Assembly (NCBI GenBank): GCA_051599415.1
Contig: AP039689.1
Location: forward strand, 124,001 to 188,000
Origin: Savitreella phatthalungensis
Lineage: Eukaryota
Reading direction: 5' to 3'
Length of the DNA: 64,000 bases
Part shown: positions 1-9,763 of the stretch, piece by piece
Numbering within the stretch: position 1 is the stretch's first letter
How the letters are laid out: the number at the start of each line of letters is the position of its first letter
Translations under genes and position numbers: made by a program
Notes under the pieces: model-generated
What the model saw: only the letters and a program-made list of their open reading frames with translations
Told to the model about the DNA's origin: nothing
Databases searched by the model: none

Positions 1-3000
1 TTCATCCGTCCGGTCTTGTGTCCAGCCAATCTGGCGCATCAAATAGCCTCTCAGGGCATCAAGATCCGGTTGTCCCCACTCAAACGCGGATGGATCATGG
101 TCAACCTCAGGTTTCGTGTATGCGTTGTGTACCTGAGGGTTCGGGAAGTTGTCTGGAAGGACAAGCTTTTCAGCCGTCTTGCGGAACTTGCGTCTGAAAG
201 CGGACTGCTTGTCCGCCTGTGTTTCTGTAAATGTTTGCACACGATCGATCCAGTCTTTGAAGTCGTGCAGGCCGTTCTCTCCGGGAAAGTCAGAGATGAG
301 CTCAATCGCCGTCACAGGGCCGACCTTTTTGATTCCGTCGGTATAGTCACTGCCCAGTAAGTACGCCAACTTGATGAGCTTTTCTCGATCAAGCTCGAAC
401 TCGCGCTCCAGATCTGAGAGCACGAAGCATTCGACTGTTTTCGCGGCATTGAACATGTTCTTGTACACCCGTGTGCCACCGAACAGGAAAACGTCCGAGT
501 CGTCCGTCACGATACCATCCACGAGTTCCAGTCGGACGAGCTCAGCACATTGCGCTTCAGCTTCCTGTGGCGCCTCGATATAGGGTATTCCGAAGTGCGC
601 CAATAGCTCTTGGCATTCTTGGACCATGACTTGGGTGACTTCGTCAGCATCACGAAGGTTCTTCTTCTGCTGGGCTTTCAGCTGCTTCAAATCGTTTTCA
701 TAATCGGCACTGCTGTAAGTGGATGCATTCTTGGCGTTGAGCTGTCGGCTGAAGCGAGCATACTCTTCTGCTTCAGCCTGAATGCGCTCCACAAGTTCAT
801 GCTCTTCTTGAAGACGATTCTGATCCTCCTCATCGAGCATTCTGGATTCCTCGGCTTCGACATTGTCCTGGTCAGCATCGGACCAAGTCGGACTGCCGGG
901 TCTTGTGGGCGTGGAAGAGTTGACTTCCAGATCCTCGACGGGCGCATCACCCAACGCTGTCGGCGGCGGCTCCACTGGCACGTCCTCAAAGTCACTTTCA
1001 TCGTCGCTTGCCCGATCCTCAACGGCGGCGTCCGCGGATACTGACTCGACAGGGGTGTCAACTGCAAGTGGCTCTGCATCAGGTTCTGGGTCTTCCTCAT
1101 GTACCGACGTCTCGTTCGGGAGCGTCGCGGCGGACCCAGGCTCTGAGTCGGAGCTCGAATCGATCTCGATGTGCGCCTCTTCTGCTTGCGTCTTGCCTGG
1201 TGAGTCGATTGAGATCGCCTTGCTCTGCTGATGAAGCAATTTAGGGGCGTTGGCAAATGGGTCAGATGATTCATCTGTCAAGTCCACCTCGTCCCGGGAG
1301 ACAATTGCAGCGTTGCCCTTAAGTTCTGGCATTTTGTCGACTTTCTGTTTGAACCACGGAGGGTCTTCCTTGGAGGCCGCGGTTGGTACCTTCTGCTTGA
1401 GCGCTTTCTGGACTTGGCGCAGTTCGGCATTATCAGGTGTCTGAACATCGATTCTTTCTGCCTCCGCTTTATCCGCGAGCGCCTTTCGGATCTTATCCAA
1501 GGGTCTTTGCCCCTGGGTTTGATGTTCGTCCTGGACCAGCAACTCGGATTCATCAGAAGCAGCTTGCATCACGGTCTTGGCAAGTGAACCTTCGTCGTCG
1601 ACGTCATCGTCGTCCTCGAGCACAAATCCGCCGCCAGTCGCATCGATCGCGCCGGGTGTTTCCATCGACATCTTCATGGCTAGTCTCAGCTGCTCGTCTT
1701 CGTCCACCTCGTCAGCCTCGAGCTCTGCGGTCTCATCACCGTTGCCATCGCGCCATATATCTAGCGCTCGTGCCATCCTTGTTTGCTCAGTTGCCTCGCT
1801 GTCGTCTCTTGTAAAGAGAGGCTTGTTCGGACTATTCGTCTTAATGTTCGACTGGCGGTGCGGCTGGAATGCTCGCCTGCTCGGATTGCTCTCACTACGC
1901 GGTCTATCGTCCTGTCGTGTCGGTCTGAGCTGCGCGAGACGCGTTTGTTCGAGAGCATATCGGATCATCTCATCAGCGCTTCTCGAGCTGGAGGTCTGCT
2001 TTTGTAAGCTTGCGACAGGTAAGGGCACATCCTCGAAAGCACCCTCTTCATCGCTGCTGCTCTCATTGATTTCGACCTTTACTTCCTCCTTGTCGATCTC
2101 GATGGGCTTTTCGGCTGTGTTGACGACGCCAAGAGACCATCCTCCGTCAGCGTCTTCGTTTTTGACAAGAATGTATTCTCGGCCCTTATCACTTGCAATG
2201 CGTTGTGCACCAACCTCATTCATACCGTTCAGATTCATGAGCCTGTTCGTGAGATCGCTCCGTTCCTTGACACGCTCCACTTGAAAACGTGAGAAGGCCA
2301 TACGGTCGGGGAACATGTCCGTGAGCTGCTCGACCGACAGGCCCATACGAAGGCGGGAACGTAGGCGGGCCGCATTCAATATGCTGTATTGATCAGCTAC
2401 CGGGAGTGAGGCGAAGAAATCGGAGTCAAAGTCGATCTTGGCAAAATCGAGAAGGTTCATGTCGCCCTTGGCGCTATCGAACTGTTCGGCGTATGCCTGC
2501 AGCTCTTCCTGTGTCATGATACGTGGGTCGTTGATTCCTCCTTGTCTATCCAGGCTTGTTGACATGTCGGGCAGATGATACTGGTCTTGACGCTTGAAGC
2601 GAGTTTTTTGAATCTCTGGCTGCGGTAAGTCTACCTCGTTGAAGTAGACTGGATTGTCAGGCACCACTTCCTCGCCATCGTTCTCGCGCGCGGCTCGTTG
2701 CCGCTCTGCGTCCTCGATTGCGCGTTTGCGCATTTGCACAGCGAGGATCTTTCCCGCTGTTTTGACAACATCGACTCTTCCTCCTTCACGAAAGGCTTTG
2801 CGCTTGCGAAGGGTGAGTTTCTTGAGCTCCGGAGCTACACCATCAAAGACAAAAACGGGACGAATGCCGTGAAAGAGGAGCTTGCAGATTCTGCGAAAAA
2901 ATCCGACGATGTGAGAATTTCGAAGCACGTTGCCCTCCTTGTCGCGGACTGCCTTTAGAAATTGATAGATCCAGATGGATGCGTCGACGGCTAAGCGCTT

Positions 3001-3072
3001 CTTCGCGAGAGCTTCGAGCTTAACAGGTCTAGCGCCTGGATCCAGGACCGTCCACAGACCTGTAACACCCAT
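1..3072 (-). CDS. RAD2: XPG/Rad2 (Rad13) structure-specific DNA repair endonuclease; 3' end lies outside the window
   Basis: Absent from the ORF track because there is no stop in the window. My translation from ATG 3072 gives MGVTGLWTVLDPGARPVKLEALAKKRLAVDASIWIYQFLKAVRD (XPG N-domain). Near 330-620 it reads ECQELLAHFGIPYIEAPQEAEAQCAEL...DGIVTDDSDVFLFGG...LLGSDYT (XPG I-domain). Confidence 0.95.
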   Translation of the reverse strand, partial: MGVTGLWTVLDPGARPVKLEALAKKRLAVDASIWIYQFLKAVRDKEGNVLRNSHIVGFFRRICKLLFHGIRPVFVFDGVAPELKKLTLRKRKAFREGGRVDVVKTAGKILAVQMRKRAIEDAERQRAARENDGEEVVPDNPVYFNEVDLPQPEIQKTRFKRQDQYHLPDMSTSLDRQGGINDPRIMTQEELQAYAEQFDSAKGDMNLLDFAKIDFDSDFFASLPVADQYSILNAARLRSRLRMGLSVEQLTDMFPDRMAFSRFQVERVKERSDLTNRLMNLNGMNEVGAQRIASDKGREYILVKNEDADGGWSLGVVNTAEKPIEIDKEEVKVEINESSSDEEGAFEDVPLPVASLQKQTSSSRSADEMIRYALEQTRLAQLRPTRQDDRPRSESNPSRRAFQPHRQSNIKTNSPNKPLFTRDDSEATEQTRMARALDIWRDGNGDETAELEADEVDEDEQLRLAMKMSMETPGAIDATGGGFVLEDDDDVDDEGSLAKTVMQAASDESELLVQDEHQTQGQRPLDKIRKALADKAEAERIDVQTPDNAELRQVQKALKQKVPTAASKEDPPWFKQKVDKMPELKGNAAIVSRDEVDLTDESSDPFANAPKLLHQQSKAISIDSPGKTQAEEAHIEIDSSSDSEPGSAATLPNETSVHEEDPEPDAEPLAVDTPVESVSADAAVEDRASDDESDFEDVPVEPPPTALGDAPVEDLEVNSSTPTRPGSPTWSDADQDNVEAEESRMLDEEDQNRLQEEHELVERIQAEAEEYARFSRQLNAKNASTYSSADYENDLKQLKAQQKKNLRDADEVTQVMVQECQELLAHFGIPYIEAPQEAEAQCAELVRLELVDGIVTDDSDVFLFGGTRVYKNMFNAAKTVECFVLSDLEREFELDREKLIKLAYLLGSDYTDGIKKVGPVTAIELISDFPGENGLHDFKDWIDRVQTFTETQADKQSAFRRKFRKTAEKLVLPDNFPNPQVHNAYTKPEVDHDPSAFEWGQPDLDALRGYLMRQIGWTQDRTDE

Positions 3073-3947
3073 CCTGGCGAGTCAAAGTCAAAGTGAAGCC
3101 AGATATCTGCCTCACCTCGCCCTACTTCTGTACGATTTGTAGCATGATGATCAAAGCTGAAGACGGCTGAAGTCTATGTACACATGCGTCCGACCTGAAC
3201 AAGTGCTATACATACCATACATATACTATACATACTATACATACGTACTTGTGTATACTGTATCTTCGAGGATGAATCATGCGTCATTCATGGATGCAAG
3301 GAAAGCATGAATGCATATGGGAGCAATGCACGGCTAACAAAGTACGTACTTTTTGTACCACTGCATGCATGGATCATGATCAATTGACTGGATAGTGTAA
3401 GACAGTTAGTATACCAGTAGCATGATCAATTCATCAATCCCATGTATATATACTGTAGCTAGCTCGATCTCGGATTGCCTGATTAATGACTATAGATCCT
3501 GTGTACGTACACCTTTATGCTATAGGCTGCATGCAACTATAACGTCTACGTAATAATTGTGAGTAGGTTTCCAAATTGCATATGCATATATGGTTGACTG
3601 CTTTGACCTTTGATCTCTGCATGCTCATAAATTGAATGGTTGAGCTAATAGGAACAGTCTACCGACAAGCTTATGATTGATTACGCGCACGTGCATATCA
3701 CATCAACTGCAATTGATGGTGCCTGGCTATCCAAGCCTAGGTACACACAGGACAGCCCACGGCAACGCCATCAACCGCACTCACTTCAAGGCCATAATAC
3801 AGCAGCCAGAGGCTACTGTCTCAAGCTCCTTAGCGACCTGTCAGACTACTGCAGGATAATACGACAAATCCATCTCTGAATCATCCGCAAGCAGGATTCC
3901 ACTTCATCTCTGACAGCTCCACAGCGAAAGCTAGTGTCATTGACTAA

Positions 3948-3993
3948 CTCATCGTTGGCTTTCGATCTCATCACTCGTCCTTGATCTCATCAC
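3948..3993 (+). promoter_or_regulatory. Three CTCATC (PAC-like core) motifs just upstream of NOP7
   Basis: CTCATC at 3948, 3967 and 3986, two of them as a GATCTCATCAC direct repeat. PAC (CTCATCGC) marks ribosome-biogenesis promoters in yeasts, but CTCATC is also common in other leaders here. Confidence 0.3.
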
Positions 3994-4024
3994 CTTTGAC
4001 TTCTAGCAATCTGCTCTGTTTGAT

Positions 4025-5947
4025 ATGGCACGTATCAAGAAGAAAGGCGAGGCAGGCGCAGCCAAGAATTTCATCTCTCGCAATCAGGCTATCAAGAAAC
4101 TCCAGGTGACCCTCGCAGACTTCCGCAGATTATGTATCCTTAAGGGTGTTTATCCTCGCGAACCGCGCAACAAGAAGAAGGCCAACAAGGGTTCCACAGC
4201 TCCCACGACTTTCTACTACACAAAAGATATCCAGTACTTGCTACATGAGCCAGTTTTAGACAAGTTCAGAGAGCACAAAATCTTTGCACGCAAGCTCTCG
4301 AAAGCTCTCGGCAAGCAGGACTTTACCGGCGCTAAGCGACTCGAAGCAAACCGACCGCGCTACACACTCGATCACATCATCAAAGAACGCTATCCGACCT
4401 TCAGCGATGCAGTCCACGACCTTGACGATGCACTTTCCATGCTTTTTCTCTTTGCCAGCATGCCTACGACCGACAAGGTCTCAGAGACTGTCATTGCCAA
4501 TTGCGATCGTCTCTGTCGCGAATTCGAGAATTGGGTCGTGCGTGCTCACGCCCTTCGTAAGGTCTTCCTGAGCATCAAGGGTATCTACTATCGGGCAGAC
4601 GTCAAGGGTCAAGAGGTCACCTGGCTCGTGCCTTACCGTTTCTCCCAGCAGGTGCCCACAGACGTTGATTTCCGCATCATGCTCACTTTTCTCGAGTTCT
4701 ACCAGACATTCGTCGGCTTTGTCAATTACAGACTGTACACAGAGCTTGGCTTCATCTATCCTCCAAAAATCGACGATGCACTTGATGATCAAGCAGGCGG
4801 GTTGGCCTCGCTCACGACAGAGCGGATAGGTCTGACGGCTGATGACACGCACTCGGCACCTAGAAAGACTGCAAAGCAAATTGCTTCCTTGAATGTTGCC
4901 GCCATCACTCAGAGCGAGCGAAACGAAGTTGAAAATGATGCCGATGAGGCGCGCAGCGTCGAGGACGAGGCACTCGTTGACGGCGACATCGACGACTTTG
5001 ATACCTCAGCACCCAGGCCAGCTACAGAAAATGGGACAAAGCAATCAATCTCGCTACCTTCGGCAGCTACGACCTCTTCGACCTTGTTCAGCGGTCTGAC
5101 AGTCTACCTGTCTCGAGAGGTGCCGCGATACTCGCTCGAATTTGTGCTCCGCTGCTTTGGCGCGCACGTCTGCTGGGATTTCACCCTTGGCGGCGGGTCT
5201 CCGTTGAAGGAAGACGACCCTGCGATCACGCACCACATCTGCGACAGACCTCGACAGGACCGGCGATTCCAGGGCCGAGCGTATGCACAGCCCCAGTGGG
5301 TGTATGATTCAATCAACCGGAATCAGCTGCAACCGCTTGATGCATACGCCCCTGGTGCAGTCCTGCCACCGCACTTGTCACCATTCGTACGTTTGCTTGA
5401 CGGCCAATATGACCCGACTCAGGCGATCGCGCCCGCGGGCGAGGACAGCGAGAGTGAAGGCGAAGATGTGGATGAGGCGGCCGACGACGAAGTCATGGCA
5501 GAACAAGTCAACAAGTCGATCGATGCCAGTTCAGCCGTCGCCACCTCCGAGGAAGTCCTTGCTGCGGCCGAAGACGCAGATCTCGAGCTCGAGGACGAGA
5601 GCGATCCTGAAGAAATCGAGCGCGCGGCTGAGCAAGCGGAACTCGAGGCGGAAGCCTCCGGCGTCGCATTCTCCGACAACACAAAGCGATCGAGCAAAAA
5701 GTCAGCCTCCACTGGCCCTGCCACTGGCAGCAAGGCTCGGAAGACCGGCAAGAGCAAAGCAAAGACGGAAGAGGAGAGAGCTGCTCGTCGTCAGGCTGAG
5801 GAGCTCGCTCTGCGGAAAGGAATGATGTCGAACAAGAACAAAAGGCTCTACGACCGGATGACGTACGCGAAGCGTCAGCGTGAAGACGAAGCCGCTGAAT
5901 TGCGCAAGCGTCGCAAGGCACTTGTCAAGAAACAGGGTAGTAAGTAG
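4025..5947 (+). CDS. NOP7: Pescadillo/Nop7, 60S ribosome biogenesis factor (BRCT domain)
   Basis: 640 aa. MARIKKKGEAGAAKNFISRNQAIKKLQVTLADFRRLCILKGVYPREP is the Pescadillo_N signature, followed by a BRCT segment (ITHHICDRP...QPQWVYDSIN). Confidence 0.97.
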   Translation: MARIKKKGEAGAAKNFISRNQAIKKLQVTLADFRRLCILKGVYPREPRNKKKANKGSTAPTTFYYTKDIQYLLHEPVLDKFREHKIFARKLSKALGKQDFTGAKRLEANRPRYTLDHIIKERYPTFSDAVHDLDDALSMLFLFASMPTTDKVSETVIANCDRLCREFENWVVRAHALRKVFLSIKGIYYRADVKGQEVTWLVPYRFSQQVPTDVDFRIMLTFLEFYQTFVGFVNYRLYTELGFIYPPKIDDALDDQAGGLASLTTERIGLTADDTHSAPRKTAKQIASLNVAAITQSERNEVENDADEARSVEDEALVDGDIDDFDTSAPRPATENGTKQSISLPSAATTSSTLFSGLTVYLSREVPRYSLEFVLRCFGAHVCWDFTLGGGSPLKEDDPAITHHICDRPRQDRRFQGRAYAQPQWVYDSINRNQLQPLDAYAPGAVLPPHLSPFVRLLDGQYDPTQAIAPAGEDSESEGEDVDEAADDEVMAEQVNKSIDASSAVATSEEVLAAAEDADLELEDESDPEEIERAAEQAELEAEASGVAFSDNTKRSSKKSASTGPATGSKARKTGKSKAKTEEERAARRQAEELALRKGMMSNKNKRLYDRMTYAKRQREDEAAELRKRRKALVKKQGSK

Positions 5948-6062
5948 GCAGGCGAGAAGTGAGAGAAGAACAAATGAGATGAGATTTGAAGAATTATCCA
6001 AGGTCAACATACTTCCATCCACCAGTCGCCAAGCCGCCATTCCTACGACAGATCGCGCTTTA

Positions 6063-6560
6063 CTACCCTGAGAAGGAGTCTTCGAGCGCCTTGCTCTGGT
6101 GATCGTAGTCGTCCCTGGCACTGTCGCGTTGCGATTGGTTGGCAAGGCCGTCACGGTTCTGTGGGCGTGCGAGGACATGCAGGCTGACTTGTTTGAGTGT
6201 CAGGTTATCGATTGATCCGTTGGCTGCCTTCTTCAGATCGATCTGCGCGTTCACCAGCACCTTGGCTCCCTTGATCGATCTCGACGGATCCAGCTCGTCA
6301 CCGGCCAATCGCTCGATCTGTGAAGCGTCATACGACACCACGTTGTACCAAGTCGTCTCGCCAGAGCCAGCCTGTGAACGACGCGTCACCGCGACGCCGT
6401 ACTTGACGCCCTGCGTGCCAGTTCGCTCAGATGAGAACTTCTGCGGCTGGCTGATCCGTCCGAAGAGCTGGCATGTAGCGAAGTCGTTGACCTTTTGCGT
6501 TGTCGAGAATGCTCTTGCACATACCCGCGCTGACGACGACCTCGTTACTCTTGAAAACAT
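6063..6560 (-). CDS. RIM1: Mitochondrial single-stranded DNA-binding protein (SSB/Rim1)
   Basis: 165 aa. Presequence ending ARAFSTT, then SSB OB-fold motifs (QLFGRI, KYGVAV, TTWYNVVSY, KGAKVLV). Confidence 0.8.
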   Translation of the reverse strand: MFSRVTRSSSARVCARAFSTTQKVNDFATCQLFGRISQPQKFSSERTGTQGVKYGVAVTRRSQAGSGETTWYNVVSYDASQIERLAGDELDPSRSIKGAKVLVNAQIDLKKAANGSIDNLTLKQVSLHVLARPQNRDGLANQSQRDSARDDYDHQSKALEDSFSG

Positions 6561-6936
6561 GACTTGATCAGACTGGTCAACCTTTACCAGCGGCGAGTTG
6601 ACTGCCCGTTCTGCAATGTCCTTCCCAATTAGACGTGTGCTCCACAGAGACGTGCAAGTACTGAATTAAACAACTCTATCCTGTACTGTACAGTACTGTA
6701 CGTACGCGACTGGTATATTCACGCGATTATGCAAAGCTAGTTGGACGATTAAATTGAGGCGTTCGTCGGAAAACACAGACGTGTGCCAATGCAAGGCTGA
6801 CAAGGAAAAGTTACTTTGACAACACGCAGTCTGTCTGATAGATACATATGCGTGGTGATTCGAGCTGGACTATGAAGCTAGGGACATTCGTGAAGTGACC
6901 GTACGTGACAAAGGGAAGAGCGTGATTGAGTGATAT

Positions 6937-8199
6937 TCACATGGAGGAGATGCCATGGACAACGCGCGCGGGAAGACTGATGACAGTCCAGACCAGGCGT
7001 GCGGGCAGTTTGACCACAGAGATAAGTGCGTGGACCACAGTGCCGATCGCACCGCGTTTGGTAGAACCAGAGGTCGAAGCTGCAGATGTCCTTGGGATGC
7101 CCTCAAAGGAGACGCGTCGCGTGTTGATCGGGGAATCAACGAGGTCGCGTTGTCGAATCAGGGTCGTCTCAATGTCCTGTAGTCGACGTTCCCATTGGTC
7201 CTTCAACTGTTGATCGTGCCTCTCGTATCTGCGAAGAGCCCGCTTCAGGGCATCCACCTCTCCCTGGGCGGCTGCTGAAGCGGCCGCTGCAATCTGCTCT
7301 TTGTCAGGCAGAGCTGCAGTAGCGCCTTGCTTGACCGATGCTGACGGCCGTCGCTGGCGGGCCTCCTGTCCGGCTGCAGAGATTGCCTGACGCTCGAGTT
7401 CCATCTTGAGCCGGCCGACCTCTTCCTGCAACGAAAGCACGACAGAAGACATGGCTTCGTACCGGCTCTCTGGAGCATCGACCAGCTGCTTCTGGAATTC
7501 GTCAGATCGGTGTACGAGGTAATAGTATGTCAGACGGATCGGCCTGATCTCTGCTGAGAGGACGAAAATTCCGATGTTGAAATTTGAGATGAGCCCGTTG
7601 GCTGGTCTCGCCATGACGCTGCGCACGTAGTTCAGGAGTAGTGCGCCCAATACAGGACCGAGGACGAGGCCGAGAAAGGCGTTGAAAGTGGCGCGGCGGA
7701 GTGAGTCATAAGCCCCACGCTGTTCGGGAGTCATCTTGTCTGGCTTGAGCTCGCGGAATCTGATCTGTGAGCGTCTGTAGTAGTCCCAGGGTACCGTGAC
7801 GCAGTTGTGACAGTAAATGGCCACTAGAACGAGGAGCATGAGATCTGTCCAAGTCTCTGAGGGAGAACCAAAGACGAGGGAGCAGAAGATCGGTAGAAGA
7901 GCGGCAACAGTTGGTGCATAATGGAAAGAGCCACCGTGAGAGTCAGTTTGATCGCCTCGGACTCCTGCCCCACCGTCCTCGGAGTACTGTGAGCGACTGT
8001 CGACGCGTCTTAGGGTCGTGCGGCTCGGGGTCGAAGACGAACTGTCAGAGAGAGTGTCTACGACTGCGGAGCCTGCGCTGATGTCATTGGGACTCGCGTG
8101 ATTGGCACGTGCCGTTGAAGACGATACTACAGGCGATGACGATGCTCCTGATAGCCTGTTTGGGCTGATTCTCTGGGTTCGACTGCTTTTTCGGAGCAT
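6937..8199 (-). CDS. Uncharacterised fungal membrane protein with coiled-coil C-terminus
   Basis: First ATG at 8199 (420 aa). Hydrophobic segments (APTVAALLPIFCSLVFG; TDLMLLVLVAIYCHNCVTVPWDYY; LISNFNIGIFVLSAEIRP) and ALKRALRRYERH resemble a conserved fungal family of unknown function. Confidence 0.75.
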   Translation of the reverse strand: MLRKSSRTQRISPNRLSGASSSPVVSSSTARANHASPNDISAGSAVVDTLSDSSSSTPSRTTLRRVDSRSQYSEDGGAGVRGDQTDSHGGSFHYAPTVAALLPIFCSLVFGSPSETWTDLMLLVLVAIYCHNCVTVPWDYYRRSQIRFRELKPDKMTPEQRGAYDSLRRATFNAFLGLVLGPVLGALLLNYVRSVMARPANGLISNFNIGIFVLSAEIRPIRLTYYYLVHRSDEFQKQLVDAPESRYEAMSSVVLSLQEEVGRLKMELERQAISAAGQEARQRRPSASVKQGATAALPDKEQIAAAASAAAQGEVDALKRALRRYERHDQQLKDQWERRLQDIETTLIRQRDLVDSPINTRRVSFEGIPRTSAASTSGSTKRGAIGTVVHALISVVKLPARLVWTVISLPARVVHGISSM

Positions 8200-8380
8200 C
8201 AGAAAGATGGCGTATAGGTCGGTGTGACAGACGACTTTTGAGTGGAGAGTCACGAAACTCAGCGTGTCAGGCGAGTCTGCTATCCACTAGAATCAATAGT
8301 GGATGTGAACGTGGCAGCAACGACCTTCTGCGCGTATATGCGAGCGTGTGTGTCTGGGAGCAATTAGTCGAGCAGATCCG

Positions 8381-8410
8381 GTGTGCGTGTGCGTGCGCGT
8401 GCGCGTGTGC
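8381..8410. repeat. Alternating purine-pyrimidine tract (GT/GC)n
   Basis: gtgtgcgtgtgcgtgcgcgtgcgcgtgtgc. Confidence 0.8.
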
Positions 8411-8476
8411 TTGAGTGTATACGTGAGCGTGGGTTTGCTTTGTGGGTGGGGCAATGTTGAATATACTCCAGTGGAC

Positions 8477-8510
8477 TTTGCAAGTGTACGTAGTTTGCAA
8501 GTGTACGTAG
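8477..8510. repeat. Perfect 17-bp tandem duplication
   Basis: TTTGCAAGTGTACGTAG x2. Confidence 0.9.
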
Positions 8511-9590
8511 ATATCCTCGTAGAATAAAAAAAGCCCTGATTACTCGCTCGCTCGTACGCATGCAGTGCGCGTACGTCCTTTTGGTGGACAAATGCGCATC
8601 ATGAGATTCTCTTTACCTTTCACCTTTGTTAGAAAGAGTTGTTTATGATGATTCTCCTTGTCTATGAATCCTCCTTCATATTGGATCGAATTCTTGTTTT
8701 CGATCGAGGCTGACGGAGATCAAAAGGAAGCTAGAGCGAGTGTTTAGTGGTGCGGGATTTATCCGAGGATTCAACCACGGTATGTGCTCACTTTGAAGCG
8801 GCTTCTTCAGCTCGAAGCTCCAGCTTGAGATTGAGCTGTGGGTGTGATGAACCGTGACAGGCACTATAGCTATGGGTAGGATTGAATGGGATATTAACTA
8901 TGGTCGCTGGCTAGTCAGGTTCTCCAGATCGAGAAAGGAGAGGAGGTTCGTACAGGAACTCCGTCATAAGTCAGAAGAATTCCATTCTCTCTCGGATTCC
9001 AGTGCAGATGCTGAAAGTCTGTGTGAAAAGCACGGGTAGTGAACTGGACACCTTCAGAGAGATCATGTTGAGTGCAAATCACAGCGCGCTGGAACAATTT
9101 CTTACATGGCCCAGATTCAGAGTCCTAGAGCTTATACTATACACTGCCAATTCTAGCGCGGATGATAGTTTGAGATGGAAGTCTGGGATGGTTATGAGTA
9201 AAATTCAATTCAATTGGAGTTTCTGTTCAGACTAATTTACTTCCACAATTAATTACGTCGATGGACGTGCTCGGAATTGATGACACTGAACAGTTACTTG
9301 CCTTCGATACATCACATGCACCCATAATATTTGACCTGTTACAGATAGCTGCCAAGTCAAAATAGAAATGATCAAAATTCACAGCAAAAAAGTGTCAGGA
9401 ATCCTCAGATGCACGATCAATACCAAATATTCATCCTATGCACATCCACACTTCATCGATCACTCACATCATGGCAGAACGTCTTTACTCGATCAGATAT
9501 ATCCATAATTAATCAATAGATGCACAATACAGACTTCAGGTACAGGCGTAAGTGACGCTTGAGATTGCACACATCCCTTGTCCTAGACAG

Positions 9591-9652
9591 AGCAATCAAA
9601 AGCTATCAAGAGCAATCAAGAGCAATCAAGAGCTATAGAGAGCAAGAGCTAT
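9591..9652. repeat. Degenerate 10-bp minisatellite upstream of UTP4
   Basis: About 5-6 units of AGC(A/T)ATCAAG. Confidence 0.8.
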
Positions 9653-9763
9653 TAAGGTCGCAGCTTTGCTAGTACCTTGGCTCGCTCCAATAGCAACAGT
9701 CATATACGTCTCGGTGCTATCTAAGAACATCCGGACGACGACAACAACGGGACTCATTCAGCC

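Noticed and set aside
610..2958. Several + strand ORFs (up to 235 aa)
   Set aside because: Antisense shadows of the RAD2 reading frame.
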